The translations under genes were made by a program, and so were the position numbers. Under the pieces are notes generated by a model. That model did not search any database and was not told the DNA's origin. It saw only the letters and a list, made by a program, of their open reading frames with translations. A stretch of DNA of 32,000 bases from Wallemia ichthyophaga EXF-994 (lineage: Eukaryota > Fungi > Basidiomycota), in contig NW_008806283.1 in assembly GCF_000400465.1 (NCBI RefSeq), forward strand, positions 120,001 through 152,000, in the 5' to 3' direction. This document shows, one piece after another, positions 19,321 through 27,514 of this stretch. Position 1 is the first letter of the stretch, and the number at the start of each line of letters is the position of its first letter.

Positions 19321-19596
19321 ATGCCACAAGCATACAGATTAGCAGATATAGCACACAGATCATTCGTTAGTGTATTGGCAGGTGTTACTGTGAGTCGTTG
19401 AGTGTTACACAGCCACTCTCAACTTAACAGCTCCAGATATACGGCACTTTCACTCTTCTATCGGGCTACAACAACCACAAGCAAATGAGATTAGAGGCTC
19501 TTGAGAGGCATCAAGTGGGTTTGGAGTAAAAGCGTGTGCCTGTAGCTAACACTGGCTATTCAGATGTCCCTAAAGGAGGAAGAGAAGCAGATATAA
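19321..19596 (+). CDS. COX14: Cytochrome c oxidase assembly factor Cox14-like (59-61 aa)
   Basis: Not in the ORF track. Exons 19321-19389, 19437(or 19431)-19514 and 19564-19596; introns GTGAGT..CAG and GTGGGT..GCTAAC..CAG. YRLADIAHRSFVSVLAGVTIYGTFTLL resembles the yeast Cox14 motif [20 protein letters not shown]; single TM segment followed by a charged tail. Confidence 0.78.
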
Positions 19597-19632
19597 TGTA
19601 TTAAAATTTATATTTATTCTAATTTACTTGAT

Positions 19633-21081
19633 CTAAAGCATCCCCTCTACACCCATCCACAGCAGGAACCTCGTGAACAAACTAACTTTACGTTGTGGCT
19701 GCTTGAATGTCTTCTCACTAACCTCAGTACTGCAGCTATTCAATTCCTCTACCTCCCCTTGCAGCCTCTTTTTCAGCTCGCCACTACTCGTCATCAACAG
19801 AAAACTCAACTCAAGGTCGAGATTGCTACTTCGTCCACTGAGGTTCGAACTGCCGATGAGAGTGGCCATAGCATCATCTGCACTCTTCTCATTACGTATC
19901 CATAGCCCTTTGCAGTGGTAAGTCCAACCATTTCTCCGCCATTCTTTCAATTGGAGTGAGTTATGGCGGTGGTGTTTGATAGACGATGTGTAGAATTTAC
20001 TCATTAGATGCGTATATGCCTCCGGTATACGCCCACTAACTCCCCTGCTACCTAAAAATCCATTAGCATCCGGTGATGCAGCTATTATCCATGTCGGTAC
20101 TCGACTCTCCATTACGCGCCGCTTGTAACCCCCACCCAAGCTAAAGTAACCAGATGTCATGTGAAGTATAGCGCCAGGAATGCTGTTGATTGCGTCAAGA
20201 AGATAGTGCACCGAATCCTCCTCCTCCCTCACACCCCACAAACCAGACTGGATGAGCGGATAAATGGTGGTGTCGTATTGTGGCTGGTCTACTTGTTCAT
20301 TACTCATGCGACACTGTCTGCGAGTGAAGTGTTCCATCTCCTCACGCGCTTTATCGCTGAATGCACTAGCTGGTGCATCATTCTCCCATCGCACATCATC
20401 TGAGTCGCACAGTTTATAACTGAAGCGCGTCATTAACTCGACAAAAGCGCGTAAATAGTTGGATAACTGGAAATGATCAGTAATTTGCATATATCTGTCT
20501 TGTCTGTTTGTGAAATAAGACGTGTTTAGATTCGCCCCCGAAAGAAGAACAGTGTCATCGAAGCAGTATATCTTGGTGTGTTGTGTACCAAAACCTTCTA
20601 TAAATCTGGGCGGTATAAACCGTTGTAAGATGCCCAAATTGGTGTTTGGTTTGTGGAGAAATACCCTCACTCTATTGCCAAAGAGGCGTACCAGAGGGGA
20701 AATCAGACTGGCTGGTGAGTGTGGTGGGTGTGCTTGGCGTGTAAACCTATTGAAATCGGCGAGTATAGTGACTGTGAGCTGCTGATTCTCTCTCAGACGC
20801 CGCTGCAACAGTCCCACCAACTCATTCTGTTCTTCGCCGATATAGAGGGTGGAAATGTAGATAGAGCGTTGGGCTGTGTTTATATGATGTATAAATCGCC
20901 TATGGAAGTCAATAGGCTTGCTCAACAAGTCAATTTGCTTCGAATTTGCTTTGAAAGAAGGGTGTCTGTTGCACAGCCAGGGGTATAATTCATCGATGCG
21001 ATGTGGGTGATGTGTGCCGTGACTTGTGCCTTTAATTGGAATCTTCGGGATCTGATTGAACCAGTTCCTTAAGAAACCCAT
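19633..21081 (-). CDS. PGS1: CDP-diacylglycerol--glycerol-3-phosphate 3-phosphatidyltransferase (482 aa)
   Basis: PLD-superfamily motifs QHTKIYCFDDTVLLSGANLNTSYFTNRQDRY and WTYHCKGLW; IYISTLYIG; TLIGSSNLSGRSSNLDLE. Confidence 0.95.
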   Translation of the reverse strand: MGFLRNWFNQIPKIPIKGTSHGTHHPHRIDELYPWLCNRHPSFKANSKQIDLLSKPIDFHRRFIHHINTAQRSIYISTLYIGEEQNELVGLLQRRLRENQQLTVTILADFNRFTRQAHPPHSPASLISPLVRLFGNRVRVFLHKPNTNLGILQRFIPPRFIEGFGTQHTKIYCFDDTVLLSGANLNTSYFTNRQDRYMQITDHFQLSNYLRAFVELMTRFSYKLCDSDDVRWENDAPASAFSDKAREEMEHFTRRQCRMSNEQVDQPQYDTTIYPLIQSGLWGVREEEDSVHYLLDAINSIPGAILHMTSGYFSLGGGYKRRVMESRVPTWIIAASPDANGFLGSRGVSGRIPEAYTHLMSKFYTSSIKHHRHNSLQLKEWRRNGWTYHCKGLWIRNEKSADDAMATLIGSSNLSGRSSNLDLELSFLLMTSSGELKKRLQGEVEELNSCSTEVSEKTFKQPQRKVSLFTRFLLWMGVEGML

Positions 21082-21130
21082 CAAATACTCCCGATGACTG
21101 TCTTCTCGATACCATCACTACCGACAATAG

Positions 21131-22890
21131 ATGATTGATGATTTCTACGAATATTTATCTAACAAATCCAATGGAATCGCTGTAGATCATCTAAAACTGG
21201 TTAGCTGTCTTCTACTGAGCTACCCACTCTCTCACTGTGAGCCCAACCACTAAATACGGTATCATCCACTCAAAGTCCCCTAGTATTCTTGCGTATTCCA
21301 CCTCAATATCCAAATCTACGTCACGCCTTTAATCTATCCTCTTCTCTTTTCTTCCTTGTCGGGATATTCTCACTTAAATGGGGTCTAATCAACCTCATCC
21401 TAAACTCTGTCATTAGTTACTCCCTGGCACACACTCTATCCAGGTACAAACACATGCCGTGGATCGTTATGGCTTTTGCCATGTCACACCTCCTATGTTT
21501 CCACCTACGACGCCTAATCCACACTACTCCCTCAACCTCGGTCGAAATCAGCGGTAGTCTGATGGTTCTCATCCAGCGTACAACCACCTACGCCTGGAAT
21601 GTCCATGATGGCTGCTGTACCGATGCCGAATTGCAGGAATTGCAGGATCACCAGAAAGACAACCGCGTCACCCACAAACCCTCCCTCCTCGCTTTCCTCG
21701 CTTACACTCTCTACTTTCCCGCCATCCTCGTCGGTCCTGCGTTCCCATACGACGCGTATGCCAGTTTAGTGGATGATAGTCTATTTGAGACACCGCGCCC
21801 GCGCAAGCTCAAACTCAAAGGACGCAGACGGGCTGGATATCGTAGAATGGTATTTGGGTTATTTTTTTTGGCCATCTACGCGGTGTGGGGGGGATCCGCT
21901 GATATGTCCCGCCTCATTGACCCTGCCTGGCAGCGCAACCACACCATTCTGCGCCGCATCCTCTTCGTGCAGAAAGCAGGCGTCATTACTCGGTTTAAGT
22001 ACTACGCAGTCTGGTCCATCTCTGAGGGCGCGTGCATCATCTCGGGTCTCGGCTTCAATGGCTACAACGCCGCTAATGGGCGCACGCGCTGGGATCGGGT
22101 GCGCAATATCGACGTGCTCAGCGTAGAGCTGGCGCAGAACATTAAGGAGCTACTAGACGCGTGGAATATGAACACTAACATTTGGCTCAAGACTTGCGTA
22201 TATCTTCGCATCACTAGTCGTGGTGAAAAACCTGGTTTCGCGTCCACCCTCTTCACCTTCCTCACGAGCGCTTTCTGGCACGGCCTGCCTTTGGGTTACT
22301 ATCTTACATTCGTCTTCGGTGGGTTCCTCCAAGCTCTGGGGAAGATGGTGCGCAGGAATGTGAGACCGTTTTTCATCGCTACTGATAAACAAGGTGAACA
22401 AATTGAACAAGGCAAACACCTCAAATACCTCTATGATGTACTCTCCATCATTACCACACAGACGCTCATCAACTTTGCCGTTATCCCCTTCCTGCTTCTT
22501 GATTGGAGAGATAGTGTACGAGGATGGAATAGCGTGTGCTGGTATGGCGTAGTGGTGGTCGCGTGTGCTTTCGCCTATTTCAAAGGTTTCGGTGGCGTAG
22601 GGAGGTTACAGAGCAGACTACAGAAGCAGCAACGCGATGATACGCTCAACGACCTCCTCTTCGACGCCACCCCTACATCTGAGTTGAGAGATAGGGTGGG
22701 GCTGGACGAGGAGCTGTTGACAAGAGACGTTGACGAAATGATTCAGAAACTACTCTCTAATGGCTCACTCGCCAGTCGCGAAGCTGCGGATCAGATTAAG
22801 GATATGAGCAGCGACGGGAAGGCTATAACAAAGGCAGCGGTTAAAGACGCTGTTGAGGGAAATAGAAGTGGGAGTGGGAGTGAAATTTAA
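21131..22890 (+). CDS. ALE1: MBOAT lysophospholipid acyltransferase (570 aa)
   Basis: Exon 21131-21236, intron 21237-21283 (47 bp), exon 21284-22890. N-terminal HLKLVSCLLLSYPL; RFKYYAVW; AWNMNTNIWLKTCVYLR; catalytic-His motif TSAFWHG..GYYLTF. Confidence 0.95.
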
Positions 22891-23152
22891 AGCAAAAGTA
22901 AATAACCACTCATTTTATGTTTTGTGTTTTGTGTTTTACGATGAAATGAAAATTTTGATATCATTGTTTCGTCGTTCGCGGTTGTGTGCTGTAAACCGGA
23001 ATGGTATATACTCACTAGCCAGCACCCACACACACATCTTAAGTATAAACTTGGCATCTATCCAAATGTCACCCACTTCGGGTATTAAAGTCAACTGATT
23101 CTTGTGGAAATACCACCAACTAGTGTAATTTATATCATAAGATCAATAAACC

Positions 23153-24088
23153 ATGGTAGATACACAACCAGCCAGTCTGCACTCACTACCTGCTGAGTTG
23201 CTGGATATGGTGTTGATACTGCAGCCGCAACTCGCAAAGACATGTAAATACCTCTACAACCTCAATCTAAAGAACGATTTCGCCATCGTTAGAGGTCCGG
23301 GTTGCAAAATACGCGGGGTGTCCCACTACACATTCTCAGAAACTCCCGTTAAGCTTATCGGTGGTTTTAACGGGCAGCTGAAACGAATGACGATACTACC
23401 GTGTGCAGATTACATCAGAAAGCTTTACGTGAATATGCACAACACCAAGTCAGGTAGGTGGGGGTGAAACGTCGAAATCCGGGGATGATGAGCGCATAAA
23501 TAACTCAAAACAGGTAAAATGGGCTCGTATATCAACACACTAGCTAATCACGTTTGCGCATTCACCAACCTCCACCAGCTGACAGTAACGTTGAGTTCCC
23601 TTTACCACATACTTGCTATGAAGAATATTGTCATGGAGAATATATCCACGCTGGTGCTCGAATGCAGGAGTTTCTACCTCGAAGATAGTGAGCCGGATGA
23701 TGTGGTGGACTTGCTGCTCACCTCCTTCCCCAATCTCGAGAAAGTGCTCTTGTACGCCGGGAATGACTTCAGAGGCTCGGCGGAGAAACTTAAGAAAGTG
23801 TTTAGCGAGAAAATGCCAGCCTCTAGATACCTACAATATGCTGTTATATTATATAGGAGCTGGAGCAATGTCTCCTTGACATCGACAATGGTTTACCTCA
23901 ATGAATACATACGGGTAGGTGGAGGTGGACGTGAACACGGAAATTTGAAATACACACGCACAGCTCTCGCCCCAATATGCACACCAAATCTGCTCAAGGT
24001 ATCACCCACTATCAGCCGCGTTCTTGAGAAGATGGCAGTGTCTCACGATATAACCCAGCTGCATCACATCACGATTGGATATGAATGA
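23153..24088 (+). CDS. F-box-like / LRR-like protein (291 aa), probably lineage-specific
   Basis: Intron 23454-23513 (GTAGGT..AACAG, 60 bp) joins two track ORFs in phase. N-terminal LHSLPAELLDMVL is F-box-like; FTNLHQLTV and FPNLEKVLL are LRR-like. Confidence 0.65.
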
Positions 24089-24205
24089 AGGAAAATAACG
24101 AATTTTGGTTACGATACAAGACTTGTATAGCTAATGATGCTAATGATACTAATATTGATTATATTAAACTACATGGACAGATAACTGAGTTTGTACATCA
24201 CCACG

Positions 24206-25231
24206 ATGAGGTAGGTGCAGTGATTATCAAGCTCTGGGTGATCTCACGGTGACCAGCTTCAATGACTTGGAAAGTGGAGGCGTGCCACTGTCTACGCCCA
24301 ACGAATCACCCGGCGTTTCGAGTGGGTTGAGCGGATATACAAAGCACAGCTCACAGCTCTCACCAACAACAGATGAGTTCATACAGCTCAAAGATAAGCT
24401 GAGCATTAGTATATTTAAAATAAACGGTAATATACAAGGTATCAACCGTATCGTAGCTGTTTTGGGCACAGCGAAAGAGCAAGGTGACTCACGGGACAGA
24501 CTACATGAGCTACTTGAGTCTACAAGGCTCATTGTCAAGAATACCACTGAGAACGTGCGTAATTTTACAAACTGGGATTATGGCGCACATCCGGCGAATA
24601 GTCCACAGATAATACGCAACACGCAGTCCAAGATTAGCAGAGACTTTAGTGGAGCTTTGCAGTCATTCCAGAGAGTGCAGAAGGATGCAGCGGAGCGAAC
24701 GAAATTGTCGACGGAGAAGGAGCTGTCGAGAAGAGTTGAAGGGGCAGCCCAGCCAGCCCAGCCCGATGAGGTGCTGTATAATCACCAGGATATATACCAG
24801 GGAGAGTTGCAAGAAGAGCAGCAGCAGCAACAGGAACAACACCAACAACAAATACACCCGCGTAGAATCACAGAAGCTGAAATGGCATACCAAGATGGAT
24901 TAATTGAGGAGCGTGATCACGAGATTAGAGATATTGAGACGTGCGTGTTTTATAAAAAAAAAAAGCTCTGGCTACTGCTCACACTCCACACAGCGGTATA
25001 CACGAATTAAACGACATTTTTAGAGATCTAGGTGGAATTGTCGTTGAACAGGGTGGAATGCTCGACAATATAGAGTCAAACGTAGATAATATCTCCTCAG
25101 ATGCCAACAGAGCTAATGACCAATTAATTTCTGCGCACGAGTACCAGCGTAAAGCGGGAAAGAGAGCACTATGCTTATTGCTAATACTTACAATAGTAAT
25201 ACTGATTGTAATACTCGTTTTGATTTTATAA
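24206..25231 (+). CDS. PEP12: Qa-SNARE syntaxin, Pep12/Vam3/syntaxin-7 type (308 aa)
   Basis: Exons 24206-24210, 24257-24940 and 24994-25231. Habc helices; SNARE motif EERDHEIRDIETGIHELNDIFRDLGGIVVEQGGMLDNIESNV; C-terminal TM LCLLLILTIVILIVILVLIL. Confidence 0.9.
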
Positions 25232-25322
25232 TTTTCAACTCATTCTCATCTCATTCCGAGTTTAATTGACGTCGCATTGGCCTAGTTTGATTTATTGTAC
25301 GGAATCCATCAATACTGTATTG

Positions 25323-26885
25323 ATGCAGATCAAACACAATGCCAATGAATTCCTAGAGCCCACCTCACCCACCATATCACCCGCGTTGATTTACTTTATA
25401 CAGAACAGCTCCCCTTCCAATCACGATGAAAGTCCTCAGTCTCAGAAAGTAGCGAGGTCAACACCGACGGTTTCCAGCCCCAAATTTGAATCGACTACGG
25501 CAGAGTTGAATAAGCGGCCGCTTTCTACTATGTTCAATAACGTTGGCAGTGCGTCAGGGTCCACGAGTAGTCACGCGCATGCACATACGCATACACACAT
25601 ACAAACACAAACACACACACTGGAAGAAGACTTCAGATCGGATATGCGGTCTAATAGGTCGTCTACAGGTACACTAGGTACCATCACGAGGAATAGTCTC
25701 AGAAGAAGAACTAAACCAAGTCTCCAGCTCTTCAACTCGCCTACAAGCAGCCATCAACCACAAGAACATCAATCACCTTATACTCCCACACTAAAACCAT
25801 CTTCAACCCATCATAGAAATTTATCAACGGAATACCTCTCTCATAAAATACAAGGATGGATGCCAAATTTCACAAACTCACTCTCAACTCCTCAGATTTC
25901 GACGGAGTCTTCTTCGTATGACAATAACCACAAAGAGTCCAAGGACTCGAAAGATAACAGCAAACGTGGTATGCTCGGTAAAGCATTCTCGAGTTTACAC
26001 TTTAACGACTTGGGTAAGTCTAGTCCCCAGAATAGCATCCTCAACTACAGATTGCGCATTGGATACCCAAATCAGCGTTTAGTATTTGGTGCATGTTTGT
26101 GGCAATCCACATACACAACTAAGATTGATAAATCTCCTTCGCTATGGAAAATACCAATTGAAGCAAAAGAGTACTTGCCATGTCTGGTAATCAGATGCTT
26201 TGAATATCTCATTCAATGGGCAATGGTTGAAGAAGGTATTTTCAGGATTTCAGGGAAGTCTTCACAGATATTACAACTTCGCAATGAATTTGATAGCGGG
26301 AGTGATATCTATTTGAGAGATATACATCCTTCCATACTAGATCCACACGCCGTTGCATCAATATTCAAAGCTTATTTAAGGGAATTACCACATAACATAC
26401 TCACAAATGAGAATATACCACAATTCAACGATTTCATGCAGATATCATATAAAGTAAATGCAGTTACCTCAGATGACACACCAGCAGCTGCATTAAAGTG
26501 TAACTATAAACAATGCGATCAAATTGACAGTAGTGATGTCGATTTGAAGCTGTTGAAAGATATTCTATCAGAACTACCGCATTCAAACTATTGGTTATTA
26601 CGACTAACGATGAAAATTCTTAAGTTGACAGCTGATAATAGTGAGGTGAACAAAATGACCCTATCAAATCTAGTACTCGTAATATGTCCGTCAGTTTGTT
26701 TATCAGCGATATTCGTCAAAATTTTAGTCAAGCACTTTGATTATCTTTTCGGGATTGATCATGTATTCGAAGATAGTGAGGATGATGAGCTTAGTTATTT
26801 GCGTCCAGAAACAAGCCAGCTGGTGTCATCTAGTGGTGAAAGAAGGAAGTTCAAGCTACTAAGCAGCAAGCGTGATAAGAAGTAA
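25323..26885 (+). CDS. RhoGAP-domain protein (520 aa)
   Basis: LPCLVIRCFEYL..EEGIFRISG (arginine finger)..DPHAVASIFKAYLRELP..NKMTLSNLVLVICPS; Ser/Thr-rich disordered N-terminus. First ATG is at 25323. Confidence 0.92.
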   Translation: MQIKHNANEFLEPTSPTISPALIYFIQNSSPSNHDESPQSQKVARSTPTVSSPKFESTTAELNKRPLSTMFNNVGSASGSTSSHAHAHTHTHIQTQTHTLEEDFRSDMRSNRSSTGTLGTITRNSLRRRTKPSLQLFNSPTSSHQPQEHQSPYTPTLKPSSTHHRNLSTEYLSHKIQGWMPNFTNSLSTPQISTESSSYDNNHKESKDSKDNSKRGMLGKAFSSLHFNDLGKSSPQNSILNYRLRIGYPNQRLVFGACLWQSTYTTKIDKSPSLWKIPIEAKEYLPCLVIRCFEYLIQWAMVEEGIFRISGKSSQILQLRNEFDSGSDIYLRDIHPSILDPHAVASIFKAYLRELPHNILTNENIPQFNDFMQISYKVNAVTSDDTPAAALKCNYKQCDQIDSSDVDLKLLKDILSELPHSNYWLLRLTMKILKLTADNSEVNKMTLSNLVLVICPSVCLSAIFVKILVKHFDYLFGIDHVFEDSEDDELSYLRPETSQLVSSSGERRKFKLLSSKRDKK

Positions 26886-26954
26886 GAACAAAAATGTCTA
26901 ATTGTAAAAGTGTACTATTAAGAAATAATAAATAAATAACTCTATAAGGTAAAA

Positions 26955-27464
26955 TTACAATCTCTTGAAGAAAGATTTCAGACGTGAAGGAGTCTTTGTA
27001 GGTTGAGGATACTTGCAAGCCATGAATTGAGGTATAGATGATGTTTGAATTAAGTAGTTTACGTGTTCGTATGCTTTCGTGAAGCAATCCGGATGTGTTG
27101 AAGTGCGGAGTAGATCGAGTGTGTATGATTGGATATCTTCTGGGAGATTTAGTTCAAATTGGCTGAGATTGTTGAAGTAGACGCTGATTATGTGATCAAC
27201 TTCACGTCTATATGGTTGTTCTTGTGTGTTTATGCTAGTCTTCTTCCTCCACTTGTTTAATCTACACGAAGGTGACTTATCCTGCTCTATTCCACTCAAT
27301 CCACTCCATCTACTCTTATAAGATAAAAACCACAAGATAAAGTTGAGATTCTCAATCGAGTGCTCCTGGTATTCTAAAAATGTCCTAAAATCCTCCGCCA
27401 ATTCGTTATTATTGAGTATTTCCGCCAGTGTTTGCACATTTTTCCCCGTTCTCCCCGTTCTCAT
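26955..27464 (-). CDS. Stand-alone RGS-domain protein (169 aa)
   Basis: LAEILNN..FRTFLEYQEHSIENLNFILW..IISVYF..ELNLPEDI..HPDCFTKAYEHVNYLIQTSSIPQF is an RGS-fold signature. Confidence 0.85.
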   Translation of the reverse strand: MRTGRTGKNVQTLAEILNNNELAEDFRTFLEYQEHSIENLNFILWFLSYKSRWSGLSGIEQDKSPSCRLNKWRKKTSINTQEQPYRREVDHIISVYFNNLSQFELNLPEDIQSYTLDLLRTSTHPDCFTKAYEHVNYLIQTSSIPQFMACKYPQPTKTPSRLKSFFKRL

Positions 27465-27514
27465 GTGATTGTCCAACAACAGCAATATAGCTATAAAAAT
27501 TATTACAAATACCT

